This document shows positions 50,486-60,906 of a stretch of 64,000 bases of DNA, piece by piece. The notes beneath the pieces were generated by a model, which worked only from the letters and a program-made list of their open reading frames with translations, was not told where the DNA came from and did not search any database. The stretch is from assembly GCF_028368995.1 (NCBI RefSeq), contig NZ_JAQNDL010000002.1, positions 1,504,001 to 1,568,000 on the forward strand. The letters are read 5' to 3'. The number at the start of each line of letters is the position of its first letter. The stretch's first letter is position 1. The position numbers were made by a program, and so were the translations under genes. The stretch comes from Nannocystis bainbridge. GTDB taxonomy: Bacteria; Myxococcota_A; Polyangia; Nannocystales; Nannocystaceae.

Positions 50486-51589
50486 ATGACGCGTCGTCTC
50501 GCCCTGGCTGCTGCCCTCGCCGCCCTCGGCTGCGGTAACGACGGCTCGCCGGCCTTCACGACCGGCCCGGGCGTGACCTCCGTGGCGCACACGTCGACCA
50601 GCTCGGACAGCACGTCGACGTCGACGTCGAGCTCGACCAGCGGCGGCGCCGAGGACAGCGCCGCGGCGAGCAGCTCGGGCGCGGCGTCGACGTTCGACAT
50701 GGCCCCGCCGCCCGACCTCGGCGACCCGACGCCCGCGGGCTGCAAGGGCAAGATCGATTTCGTGTTCGCCATCTCGGCGCTCGGGACGATGGCGACCGAG
50801 CAGGACCAGCTGATCGCCAGCCTGCCCGGCTTCATGGAGACGATCGCCAACGACTTCGCCGACTTCGACGCGCACGTCATCTCGATCAACACGGACGGCT
50901 CATGGCGCGGCGAATACTGCGAGTCACCCGCCTGGTGCTTGAACAAGGGCAACTGCGGCCCGTACGCCGTCGACTACGAATGCGGGAAGCACGTTGACCA
51001 GGTCTGGACCTGCGACAAGACCCTGGGCGCGGGCCTCATCTTCAACGCCGGGGCTAACGCGTACAACAAGCCCTGCGACCTCTACGGCGGGAACCGCTAC
51101 ATCATCGCGGGGCAGTCGGATCCGGTCGAAGCGTTCAAGTGCATCTCGCAGGTGGGCACCTTCGGCGAGGATCCGCCCCTCGCCGACTCGCTCGTCGCGT
51201 CGCTCTCGCCCGAGCTCAACGGGCCCGAGGGCTGCAACGCGGGCTTTCTGCGACCCGACGCGCTCCTGGTGTTCGTGTTCATCATGGACAATGAGGACCA
51301 GAAGTCGATCCTGAGCCCGAAGAAGGTCTACGACGCCATCGTTGCGGCGAAGGGCGGCGACGAGGACGCCGTCGTCGCGCTCGCCATCATCCCGCAGTTG
51401 CTTGAGGGCGAGCCCAAACCGTTCTGCACCTACAACGACCCCCCCATCGTGCAGCACCTCGCCGAGGTGATCGAGCGGTTCCCGTATCACGAGGCGGGCG
51501 ACGTGTGCGCGGACGAGTATGCGACGTTCTTCAACGGCGCCGCCGCGAACCTCGTCTACCAGGCGTGTAACAGCTTCATCCCGCAGTGA
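50486..51589 (+). CDS. myxobacterial vWA-like lipoprotein
   Basis: ALGC lipobox, Ser/Thr linker, CKGKIDFVFAIS..GTMATEQ, CNAGFLRPDALLVFVFIMDNED. Confidence 0.8.
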   Translation: MTRRLALAAALAALGCGNDGSPAFTTGPGVTSVAHTSTSSDSTSTSTSSSTSGGAEDSAAASSSGAASTFDMAPPPDLGDPTPAGCKGKIDFVFAISALGTMATEQDQLIASLPGFMETIANDFADFDAHVISINTDGSWRGEYCESPAWCLNKGNCGPYAVDYECGKHVDQVWTCDKTLGAGLIFNAGANAYNKPCDLYGGNRYIIAGQSDPVEAFKCISQVGTFGEDPPLADSLVASLSPELNGPEGCNAGFLRPDALLVFVFIMDNEDQKSILSPKKVYDAIVAAKGGDEDAVVALAIIPQLLEGEPKPFCTYNDPPIVQHLAEVIERFPYHEAGDVCADEYATFFNGAAANLVYQACNSFIPQ

Positions 51590-51629
51590 GCAGCGCCACC
51601 GGACGACGCGCGACCGCAGCGAGCAGCGC

Positions 51630-53318
51630 TCACCGGGCGACGCGCGACGCCCGGGCCTGGCGCACGCCGCCAAGCGTTCGCTCGCCGACCAGATACACCT
51701 GCTCGTAAGCGTCGAGGGCGAGCCCGTTCGCGGCCGAGGGCTCGGTCCCGATGATGAAGTGATCGAAGTTGAGGCCAGGGAGCTCGCGGCCGTAGAGCGC
51801 GCCGCGAAGGCCATCGCCGTTATGCACGACGCCAGAGAACAGGAGGGCGCCGTGGGCGGTCCATGCGACGCCCGTCCCGTACGCGACCGATGCCGGCAGC
51901 TCGCTCGTGTAGTGCGTCCTCTTGCTGCCGTCGAACGCCTGCACGGTGATCCTCTGCATGGTGCCGTCTTCCGTCGTCTCGTTCCCGACGGCGGCGACGC
52001 CGTCGGGGTGGTGCCCCGCGGCGAGGAACATGCTACGGCGCCACCCCGCGTTCACAGGCTCGGCGACGAGCGCCGGTCCGAGCGCGGCGCCGGTGTTCAC
52101 GTCCAGGGGCACGACGACGCCACGTGAACGAATCACCTGATCGATGTCGTGTTTCCCGCTGCTTGCGCCGACCACCCACGCGACGCCGTCGGCGACGACG
52201 ACGTCGAACGCGAGGTCGTCGAACTCGTGCGGCTCGACCATGTCGTTCGGCGGCAGGTAGTCCCACAGCTTCGCGCTCGCCGTGGCCACGTCCTCGCCGC
52301 TCATCCGCCAGTACACGACGTCCATGTCCCCGAGGCCCGATCCGCCGAACCCCACCGCGAAGAAGCCGCCGTCGTCGGTCACGCCGATGCCCCGCACCGT
52401 GGCGCCGGGCTCGGTCGGCGCCTCGATGCCGGTCGCGTGGCCGTCGGCGTCGAGCAGGACGATCCGCGGCTGCCACTTCTTGTTCGGGTTCACGACGTTC
52501 ATCGCCACCCACATCCAACCGTCGGCCCGCACCGCGATCGCGTCCGCCGAGCCCTCGCGCGTGTCGAGAACGATCGTCCCCTCGGCCCACATCTCGCCGC
52601 CGTTGGCCGCCGAGCGCTTGCGGATCGCCGGCTTCATCACGCCCTCGACCTCCACCGCGCCGACCTCGATCAAGTCGCCCTCGGCCGTGGCGGCCGCCCG
52701 TCGCGTCGTCGAGGCCGGCGGGGCGAGCACCGCCCAGGCTTGCCCGCCGGGCGCCGGCGTCGACACCGTGAACGGCACCGGCGGCCAGCTGGCGGCCAGC
52801 GGCCCGTGGGTCGCGCTCACCTCGACCACGTGGTCACCGTTGTCCACGGAGCCGTAGCACGGCGCGAGGCCCAGCCAGACGCCGCCGCCCTGGTCCTCGA
52901 ACGGCAGCAGCTCGACCCCGTCGAGCGTCGCGCGCACGGCGGTCGCGTGCTCGACCTCCACCAGGACGTCGACGGGCCCGGCCAGGTGAACAGCGGCGGG
53001 CACCTCGACGCCGAGGATCCGCGGCGGCAGCAGCTCGGCGTCGCCGACGCTGCCGGCCTCGGCGCCCGTGGTCCCCGTGGACGCGTCGACCGTCGCGCCG
53101 TCGCTCGCCGCGCCGTCGCTCGCCGCGCTGTCGGACGCGCTGCTGTCCGTCCCGCTCGTCGGCGAGGTCGGCGGTGCGCCCGTGGTGCTTACTGTCCCGT
53201 CGGCCATGTCGGCCGCCGCTGTGAGCGCATGGAAGCCCGGATAGTCGACGAAGCATGCCGACGTGGCGACGGTGGCGACGGCGAGGACAAGAGCGGCAGG
53301 GGCACGGCGGGCGGTCAT
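51630..53318 (-). CDS. myxobacterial lipoprotein with Ig-like and beta-propeller-like domains
   Basis: TSAC lipobox, S/T linker, repeated beta-blade-like segments. Confidence 0.75.
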   Translation of the reverse strand: MTARRAPAALVLAVATVATSACFVDYPGFHALTAAADMADGTVSTTGAPPTSPTSGTDSSASDSAASDGAASDGATVDASTGTTGAEAGSVGDAELLPPRILGVEVPAAVHLAGPVDVLVEVEHATAVRATLDGVELLPFEDQGGGVWLGLAPCYGSVDNGDHVVEVSATHGPLAASWPPVPFTVSTPAPGGQAWAVLAPPASTTRRAAATAEGDLIEVGAVEVEGVMKPAIRKRSAANGGEMWAEGTIVLDTREGSADAIAVRADGWMWVAMNVVNPNKKWQPRIVLLDADGHATGIEAPTEPGATVRGIGVTDDGGFFAVGFGGSGLGDMDVVYWRMSGEDVATASAKLWDYLPPNDMVEPHEFDDLAFDVVVADGVAWVVGASSGKHDIDQVIRSRGVVVPLDVNTGAALGPALVAEPVNAGWRRSMFLAAGHHPDGVAAVGNETTEDGTMQRITVQAFDGSKRTHYTSELPASVAYGTGVAWTAHGALLFSGVVHNGDGLRGALYGRELPGLNFDHFIIGTEPSAANGLALDAYEQVYLVGERTLGGVRQARASRVAR

Positions 53319-53330
53319 AGGGAGCCTCCG

Positions 53331-54197
53331 TCAGAATTGATACACCAACGCGGCGCCCGTGGCGCGAAGTCGCGCGCGTGAGTGTGCGCGCGGGCGCGCA
53401 AGCAGGACGGCCAGGCCGGCGGCGAGGCTCGCCCCGGCGGCGAGGCCGAGGCCGAGGGCGAGAGGTCCCAGGCGCCGGTAGCGGTCGTTCGCCTCGACCC
53501 CCGCGGCGAGCTCGGCGTCGGTCGGAGGTCGCTCGGCCCCCGTGTAAGCCGCGTTGATCGCGTCGATGTCCTCGCCCGCGTTGCGGCGCGCCACGAGGCT
53601 CGCGGCCATGCCGACGACCAAGGGCGCGGTCAGCCCCGCAAGCGTTCCACCGACCGCCAGGCGAGCCACAGAGGGCCGAGGCGGGGGGGGACTCGCCGGC
53701 GGGGCGGCCGGGCCCTCCGGAGCTGGCTCCTTCTGCGGCTCGGGCTGGACGGCGACCGCCGGCGGGCACTCTACGTCCTTGAGCCCGTCGAGCGCCTCGG
53801 CCTTGAGCCCGCCCGCTGGGTCGGCGACCTCCGCCGGGGGCGGCGGGCTGCGCTGCAGGACCAACTCCGCGTCGGCCAGCATGGCGCACAGGTGCAGCCG
53901 GGCGTCGCCGGGGACCCGCTGCGCCGCGAGCCGCCGGGCGGCGCCGGCGTACATGAGCAACTCGGCGACGGCGTCGGCATCTTCCGCCACGGCGAGCCGC
54001 TTCTCGGCGAGGGTCGCCGCGGCGACGAGCGCCTCGACCGACGCCGGCGTCGTTGTACTTGCAGGATCCGCTGCCACGATGGCCGCGAAGATCGCTGCGT
54101 TGTCCGACTCGGGCGACAGCGGCGAGACGGGCGGCGCGGCGAGGCCAGGACCGGCGAGCACCAGGGACACGAGCGCGGCGCGGGCGGGCATGGCCAT
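53331..54197 (-). CDS. secreted/membrane hypothetical protein
   Basis: Signal peptide, helical domain, Pro linker, two Gly-rich hydrophobic segments, ends GAALVYQF. Confidence 0.7.
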   Translation of the reverse strand: MAMPARAALVSLVLAGPGLAAPPVSPLSPESDNAAIFAAIVAADPASTTTPASVEALVAAATLAEKRLAVAEDADAVAELLMYAGAARRLAAQRVPGDARLHLCAMLADAELVLQRSPPPPAEVADPAGGLKAEALDGLKDVECPPAVAVQPEPQKEPAPEGPAAPPASPPPPRPSVARLAVGGTLAGLTAPLVVGMAASLVARRNAGEDIDAINAAYTGAERPPTDAELAAGVEANDRYRRLGPLALGLGLAAGASLAAGLAVLLARPRAHSRARLRATGAALVYQF

Positions 54198-54282
54198 GTC
54201 ATCGCCGACTGGCCCCGCGCTGTCTATCCCCGCCTGAGCCGACCGTTGACGACGCCGCGAGGTCGACGGCAGGCTGGCGGCC

Positions 54283-56883
54283 ATGCCCCGCCGCGCCTTG
54301 GAATGGAGCGACCCGTCGCGCCCGCCGACACCTCGGGACGACCATACCGGCCGTGTCCTCGCCGATCGCTACCGCCTCGAGGGGGTGCTGGCTCAGACCA
54401 CGACCTCGACGATCTACCGAGCGCACGACAGCCGGGGGAGCGCTCCTGTGGCGGTGAAGCTCCTTCACCCTGAGATCCACGTCGACCCCGCCCGCGTCGA
54501 GCGGTTCAAGCGCGAGGCCAAGTTCCTCGCCAACTTGCGGCACACGCACCTCGCCGACTTCATCGACACCGACAGCACGCCCGAGGGACTGCTGTACATC
54601 GTCACCGCTCTTATCGATGGGCGTCCGCTTGTGGAGTGGTGCAGCGGCGACGCTCGGCTGGACGCCGAGACCGTTTGCCGGATAGGCGTGCAGGTCGCCG
54701 AGGGCTTGGCCTACATGCACCGGGCGGGCGTGCTCCACCGCGACGTGAAGGCGTCGAATATCATCTAGCCCAAAGACCAGGTCGCAAAGCTCATCGACTT
54801 TGGGCTCGCCAAGCTCACCGCGAGCGCGTCGCTTGAGCTCACCCCGCTGCGGCACCCGACAGTCGCCGGAGTGCCGCTCGGGACGCCCGGCTACATGCCG
54901 CCGGAGGCGGCCGAGGTCGTCGACGCGCGAACCGACGTGTTCGGCCTCGCCCGCACCCTGTACCGACTCCTGACGCACCTGCCCGCCCAGTCGTGGCCCG
55001 AAGGGCTGGACCAGGTGCCCGAGCCGTTGGGCAGGTTGGTGCGGGAAGCCGGCGATCCGCGGGCAGACCTTCGCCCCGCGACGATGGAAGAATTCCGCGG
55101 CCGACTCCACGCCGCCCGCGCGCACGTGGTCCCTACCCCCGCCATGCGGCCGGCGCGTCACCTGTGGCCGGTGCCCGCCGACCGCAAGCCGGCGCCACAC
55201 TCGGAGTCCGGCAACACCGCGACCCCGGCGGGCGACCCGTGTACGACCAGCCCCGCCTCGCAGCTCTTCGAGCGGCGTCTCGAGCTTCGCTTGCGGCTGC
55301 GCGCGGGTTCCACGGGCCAGACCTGGCGCGCTTACCACCACGCCCTCGGCGGCGACGTGGTCGTCAAGATCGTCCCGGCTGCCTTGGCGGAGGGCGAGGC
55401 GGGCGACAGGCTCCGGCGCGAGGCCGCCGCGCTGTTCAAGCTCCAGCACACCGCGTTCCCTCAGGTCTACGAGAGCGACAGCGCGGAGGCGGACGGCTCG
55501 CTGTACCTCGTGGAAGAGTGGATCCGGGGCGAGACGTTCGGCGACATGATGAAGCGCGGGCGGCCCGATCTCCTTCTCGCCGTCGAGCTCGTCGCGCAGG
55601 TGGCCGAGGCTCTCGCCCTGGCTCACTCCCGCGGAGTCATCCACGGCGACGTCCACCCGGGCAACTTCATGATCGAGCTCGAGGAGGCCCAGCCACCGCG
55701 CGCGCGAGTGATCGATCTGAATCACTGCGTCCTGCTGGACCACTTTTTCGCGCTCTCGGCGGAGCGCTTCGCCACGCCGCCGCACCTGCGCCCCTCCTAC
55801 CGGCCCAAGCCGGGCGGGCTGCCGGCGTTCCTGCCCCCCGAGGTAGCGAGGGGCGGCCGCCAGACCGCGCTCAGCGATCTGTATGGGCTCGGCTGCGTGC
55901 TGTTCTCCCTCATCACGGGCGCCCAGGTGCCCGCGACCGAGCTATCAGCGATCCTCGACGCCGGCGCGCGCGAGGAGTACGGCGAGCGACTCGCGGCGTA
56001 CCTCGCCGATCGTTTGCCCGACCTCGAAGAGTCCGAACTGCTCGAAGTGTTGCCCGTGGTGCTCGCCCCGGAGCCGGAGCAGCGCGCGCTGAACGTGCTT
56101 GGCGCGTTGAACATGTCCGCTTTCGCCTTGGCCCTGCGCACCACCGCCGCCTCGATCCGCGAGACGCGGACGCCCGCGGACCCCGGGCGCCCGTCTCGGC
56201 CGCAGGCCAACCCGCCGGCCTCGCCTGCGGCCTCAGCTCCGCCCGCGGCTCCGCGGGGTCCGCTGGCGCGCCGGCTCCTGCTCGCCGCCGTGGGGCTTGT
56301 GTTGCTCGGCGGTGTCCTCGGCGCCGCACTCATTACCGGGTCGTCGCGGGAGGCGAGCGCGCCGGCGGCCGAGACGATGCTCGAGCCGAGCCTGCCCCCG
56401 CAGGCGCCGTCGCGGGAGGCGAGTACGCCGGCGGCCGAGCTGATGCTCGAGCCGCCCCTGCCCTCGCCCGCGCCGTCGCGCGAGGAGAGCGAGCCGGCGG
56501 CTGATCCGACGCTCGAGCCGAGCCTGCCCGCGCCCGCGCTTGGCCAGACGCCGCCGATCCCGCCCGCGCCCGCGACGTCTCGAAAAGCCTCGCGCCGCGA
56601 ACGGCCGCAGGCGCCGCCCGAGCCAGTCACGATCGACGAGGCGACCGAGGCCGCGGCAGTCGCCCGCGCCGGCATCCGCGACCGCTGTGCGGGTGCGCCG
56701 AAGGTGATCGCGGTCGAGCTCGACATCGAGGCCGGGCGCGGCAAGGTCTCGCGGCTCAACTTCAAGCCGGCGGCGGGGTTCAATGCGGACAGCTGGGAAG
56801 AGTGCGTCCGCGGTGAGCTCGAACGCGTCGCGTACCCAAAGAGGGCGACGCGGTCGCACGTCGCCCTGCGGCTCCAACGGTAA
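54283..56883 (+). pseudogene. tandem double Ser/Thr kinase with TM, interrupted by an in-frame TAG at 54766-54768
   Basis: VAVKLL...HRDVKASNII*PKDQVAKLIDFGLAK...GTPGYMPPE in one frame; second domain VVVKIV, HGDVHPGN, VIDLN, FLPPE. Confidence 0.85.
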
Positions 56884-56977
56884 GGCGAAGGGCCCGCCGG
56901 CTGCTACGCCGACGGCCCCTCATGGCGGTGACGGAGCCGGGCGGCGGGTCTCACCGCCGCGGTCGCCGACCTCGGCG

Positions 56978-57874
56978 TCAAGAGAGCGGAAGCCGGAAAT
57001 GATGGCCCGATCCTTCTTCTCTCAGCCACAGCGTGTCCCCTTGACGAGCGACCAGACGGAAGTGAGGCGGATCAGCAAAGCGAATTTCCGGAGGCATGCT
57101 CGCCGAGAAGACGTGCAGGTTGCTTCGGATGAACTCTTCGACGTTGCGCAGCGTGTGCCGCCAGTGAATTTCACGCTGCACAATCCGCGAGCTGATGCCG
57201 GACGTCGCCGGACCTCCTCCAGGCGGCACATACACTTTACCGTTCGACAACTGGAGCGGGATCCCGACGTTCGCGGCCCGAAGTTTGGCTCGTTCGGCCG
57301 GGCTCACGGGGGACGCCAGTCCGATTACTCCTTTCATTTCGAATCGCTGGAGTTCGTCTGGCCAGTTCGACAGGACGGTCTCCATCAGATGTTCGTCGGT
57401 CCAACTGTCGTGGGGTAGGATGCCGATCATCAAGAACCTCTGCGGCTGGACGAGAGCGAACAATAAGGGGCCCGTCCTCTTGATGAACCCATCACCCTCG
57501 ACGACGTCCCCGAGATGCAGGTGATGGATGCCCCAATCGTTGATCAAACGATCGTTGAAGTTGAGATCGAGGAGCCGCCTGCTGAGATGCGGGGTGAGGG
57601 GTTCGCCCGTTGTCGCCTTCCGCGCAATTTCTTGAAGCGCAGCGTCGTACTGTTGGGGGCATGAGAAGCCGCTCGCTCGCAACACCAGACGTGGAATGGC
57701 TTCGATGTCACGGAGCTTTACGTTGGCGTGCTTGAACGCGATCTGTTCGGCCGGCTCGTTCGAGGGCACGGCGTAACCTCGTCGCTGGAGATCCTGCTTG
57801 AGCAGTTCGATCCAGTCTGCATAGAGGTTCAAGAGGACTTGAGAAGGCACGGGGGGGACAGGAGCGACGGACAT
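56978..57874 (-). CDS. hypothetical cargo protein with DWGIHHLHLG motif
   Basis: 298 aa, lower GC; NDRLINDWGIHHLHLG...RTGPLLFALV...IGILPH. Confidence 0.75.
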   Translation of the reverse strand: MSVAPVPPVPSQVLLNLYADWIELLKQDLQRRGYAVPSNEPAEQIAFKHANVKLRDIEAIPRLVLRASGFSCPQQYDAALQEIARKATTGEPLTPHLSRRLLDLNFNDRLINDWGIHHLHLGDVVEGDGFIKRTGPLLFALVQPQRFLMIGILPHDSWTDEHLMETVLSNWPDELQRFEMKGVIGLASPVSPAERAKLRAANVGIPLQLSNGKVYVPPGGGPATSGISSRIVQREIHWRHTLRNVEEFIRSNLHVFSASMPPEIRFADPPHFRLVARQGDTLWLREEGSGHHFRLPLS

Positions 57875-58266
57875 GGATACTCGCCGGAAAGCACTAGGCT
57901 TGCCGCGAATCTATCCGAGCGCGAAACCGTGCGGTGTCAACCACTTATGGGGCTCCCCGCCGCGGCGGGGAGCACTATTTTTATCTCCTGGGCGAAATTT
58001 TTATCTGCGAGAAGCGAATTGACGCCGTCGCCTACTTCCGGCGGGGCGTCTCCTCGCCGCTCGCCTCTCGTGCGCTAGGCGGGACTGGAACCAAATTTTA
58101 GCCCCGCAGAGGGCTCGATGGTGGACGACACGCCCCTCAAGCCGCCTAACGGCACGCTGTAGCGATCCGGCCCGCCCGTCGAGCCGGGCCGGTAGGTCGG
58201 CGCAGCCGACGAAGCGGGCCGGCGTCGACGTCGCGGGCGAGGTCCCGGTGCGAGCCGGCCGGCTCG

Positions 58267-58698
58267 CTACGCGTCGCGGGCGCGTGCCTGCTCTTCGCAG
58301 ATCGCCACCTGCAGCGCGAACCGGGCCCTTTGAGCCCGGAGGGCGGCGATCTCGTCCTTCGCTTCCTGCAGCTCGGCCAGCCGCTGGCTGTACGAGGCTT
58401 CCAGCTCGCGGCGCCTGCCCTCGTGCCACCGACTCGCCGCCCGAGCGCCCTCGTGCGCCATCTGGACCAGCATCGCGTAGACCAAGACGATCAAGAAGAA
58501 CGCCGACGCGACCGCCGCACCGATCAACGGGCCGCGCGTCATGGCGAGGCCCACGGCGAGGAGGCAGGCGGCGGGCAGCGCCACCCACCGCGCGGGGAGC
58601 ACCACCCACCGCCACAGCCAACCGAGCACGTGCCAGGCTCGGACGCCGACAGCGAAGAAGGAGTCGCCGAGACGACGGGCGAACGCCCGCGCGCTCAC
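58267..58698 (-). CDS. membrane protein with C-terminal coiled coil
   Basis: GTG overlaps the upstream stop; two hydrophobic segments, then heptads. Confidence 0.6.
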   Translation of the reverse strand: MSARAFARRLGDSFFAVGVRAWHVLGWLWRWVVLPARWVALPAACLLAVGLAMTRGPLIGAAVASAFFLIVLVYAMLVQMAHEGARAASRWHEGRRRELEASYSQRLAELQEAKDEIAALRAQRARFALQVAICEEQARARDA

Positions 58699-58997
58699 GG
58701 TCCGTCCCCCTCGTCCTCGCGCGGCCGCTCCGAGAGATAACCGTCCTCGCGCAGCCCGTACGCCTCCCCGCAGTCGCAGACGAACAGCTCGCGCCCCGCG
58801 TCCCATTGGAGCACCTCGAAGATGTCTCGCCCGCAGCCCGCGCACTGGGCCCCCGCGCCGATCTCGTCGAGCTCGGGCGGCGCCCCGGCCACGGGGGCGC
58901 GCGCGAGGATCAAGCGCTCGGCATTGACGTAAATGTGGTGCGTAGCGTGGCCGACCCGCGAGGGGTGCCCGTTCTGTTTTTTGAAGGGTTCGCTCAT
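58695..58997 (-). CDS. Zn-ribbon-like small protein
   Basis: CAGC...FVCDCG. Confidence 0.6.
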   Translation of the reverse strand: MSEPFKKQNGHPSRVGHATHHIYVNAERLILARAPVAGAPPELDEIGAGAQCAGCGRDIFEVLQWDAGRELFVCDCGEAYGLREDGYLSERPREDEGDGP

Positions 58998-59110
58998 CGG
59001 CGGCGACCGACGGCTCCGTCTTCGCCGAATTCACTCTGTCTCAGAAACCTCAATGTCTATTCGGACATGTCCCTGCAGCCCTGGGCTTGACGCGGAACTG
59101 GCGGCGACAG

Positions 59111-59419
59111 ATGCTCTCCACCCACGATGAGCGTTTTTTTGAAGCCGTGCAACACCTGACCGTGGTCGAGACGCTGCTCGAAGCAGCACTGCAAAAAAAC
59201 GGGCGGGTCCGCGAGAGCCTGTGGGCCATAGCCTGGAACCTCGACAGCGCGCTCGTGCAGGAGCTGATTAAGCAGGATAAGTACGCCGCTTTGGGCAGCA
59301 TGACTCAAAGGCTATTTCAGGGGGTCGAGCCGCCTTCGGACGAGGTGCGGCAAGCGGCTCTGCAAGTACATCGGGACCGGCTGCAGACGGACTATTTGGA
59401 AAGACGAGGGAAGTCCTGA
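59111..59419 (+). CDS. hypothetical cargo protein
   Basis: Lower-GC helical 102-aa ORF opposite to its neighbours. Confidence 0.55.
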   Translation: MLSTHDERFFEAVQHLTVVETLLEAALQKNGRVRESLWAIAWNLDSALVQELIKQDKYAALGSMTQRLFQGVEPPSDEVRQAALQVHRDRLQTDYLERRGKS

Positions 59420-59544
59420 TGCTGATGCCCGTCTCCTGGATCGACTTCGTTCTCGGCGGGTTCATGGCTCTGTATGCGGCGACGCAATGGCGCGCAGCAC
59501 TTCAGACGCTCGGGTACCGTCCGACCGGCGACGGGCGACAACCG

Positions 59545-59578
59545 GAAGGCCCGCCGCAGTGAAACCGGCGGGCCTTTT
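59545..59578 (+). terminator. intrinsic terminator
   Basis: AAGGCCCGCCG-loop-CGGCGGGCCTT followed by TT. Confidence 0.75.
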
Positions 59579-59796
59579 CGCGTCGCTACGCCGCGCGCTT
59601 GGCCGCCCTGCTCACCGCCAGCGGCAGGAGCCGGACGTGCTCGTCGGTGCCGTACGGGACGACGCGCTGCCGGACCACTTCGATCGACCTGCCTTGGCGC
59701 TTTCGATGACCGTCGGCGACGCCGAGCGTCCAGCGTGCTTGCCGCCGCTGGAGCGGCGGACGCTGCGGCCCCGGGGGCCGCGCGCCCGGCCTCCGC

Positions 59797-60285
59797 TTAC
59801 GCTGCGGCCCGGCTAAGGGCGACCGCCCGAGGGAGCAGGCGGGCGTGCTCGGCGGAGCCGTAAGGCACGATCCGGCGCTCGGTGATCAGCCTGCACTCGG
59901 TGATCTCGATCGAGCTGTCCGCCCGCAGGCGCACCTCTCCGGCACCGGCCTTCGGCGCCTCACGTCGGCCCCGGCCTCGCGTTCGATAGTGGGTTCGCGG
60001 CGGGACCATCCGGCGCAGCGCCGGCCACTCGCGTTCGCTCCCGGCGTCGCGGTCCCGGCTCGTGCGCAGGCCGCGATCGAAGCGGCTCAGCAAGGACGGC
60101 GGCATGCCGATCGCGTGGGCGAAGTCTTTGATCTGTTCCCCGGACTCGCGGAGGCACCGGACGATCGCGGCGACCCTGCCCGGGGCCGTCGTCCATCGAC
60201 GCCGGCCCCGGGTGTCCTCGCGGATGCTCGCCACCTCCTCACGGGCGCGAGCGATGAAGTTTGTATTCGTAGGGACTTCTCTCAT
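59797..60285 (-). CDS. HTH DNA-binding protein
   Basis: SGEQIKDFAHAIGMPPSLLSRFDRG. Confidence 0.55.
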   Translation of the reverse strand: MREVPTNTNFIARAREEVASIREDTRGRRRWTTAPGRVAAIVRCLRESGEQIKDFAHAIGMPPSLLSRFDRGLRTSRDRDAGSEREWPALRRMVPPRTHYRTRGRGRREAPKAGAGEVRLRADSSIEITECRLITERRIVPYGSAEHARLLPRAVALSRAAA

Positions 60286-60365
60286 CTGTCTGTCTCTTCG
60301 GTCAGGCTGTTAGGGGTTGAAGGCGCCGGCGCGTGCTCGCATGAGCATGTCCGGCCGGACATGAA

Positions 60366-60902
60366 CTAAGAGGCAGGGCGGACGGAGGGTTCGGGCTCGC
60401 GCTGCACCTGCTGCAGGCCCACGGGGAGCACGACGCCGGTTAGGATCCCGATCGCCAGGGGCCGGGGATCCTCGCGCTCGTATTCCTCGCCGGCCAGCTC
60501 GGCGAGCCGGGCGGGATCGGCCTCGAGCACCCACCGCGCCGCGATCGCGGCGGCCAGATTGGCCCCGAGCTCGATCCCGCGTAGCATGACCGGCTGCGCC
60601 GCCCAGGCGGCCCGCCACTCCGCGAGCAGGTCATCGATCACCTGCGTCACCCACTCCGGCGGCAGGCGCACGGGGCGGCCGAGGGCGGCCTCGATCTCTT
60701 GGGGGCTGAACTGCGGGGCGTCGTCAACCGCGTCGTCGGTCCAGGCGGCCATCTCCTTCGCGGCGGCGATCCTCGGCGGCCCGTCGCCGGCGGCGGGCCG
60801 GATCACGAAGCCACCCGTGGGGTTTCGCTTTCCCACGACCCACTTCTTCCCGCCGAGTCTCACGGCCTGTCCCTCACCGGGCGCGAATGGCTTTTCGGAC
60901 AT
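60366..60902 (-). CDS. hypothetical protein
   Basis: 178 aa directly downstream of the helicase with GGAG RBS. Confidence 0.65.
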   Translation of the reverse strand: MSEKPFAPGEGQAVRLGGKKWVVGKRNPTGGFVIRPAAGDGPPRIAAAKEMAAWTDDAVDDAPQFSPQEIEAALGRPVRLPPEWVTQVIDDLLAEWRAAWAAQPVMLRGIELGANLAAAIAARWVLEADPARLAELAGEEYEREDPRPLAIGILTGVVLPVGLQQVQREPEPSVRPAS

Positions 60903-60906
60903 GTTC

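Noticed and set aside
54766-54768. Pyrrolysine or programmed readthrough at the kinase TAG
   Set aside because: The position normally holds a hydrophobic residue, so a point mutation from TTG or TGG is simpler; other genes here use TAG as a true stop; no pyl genes seen.
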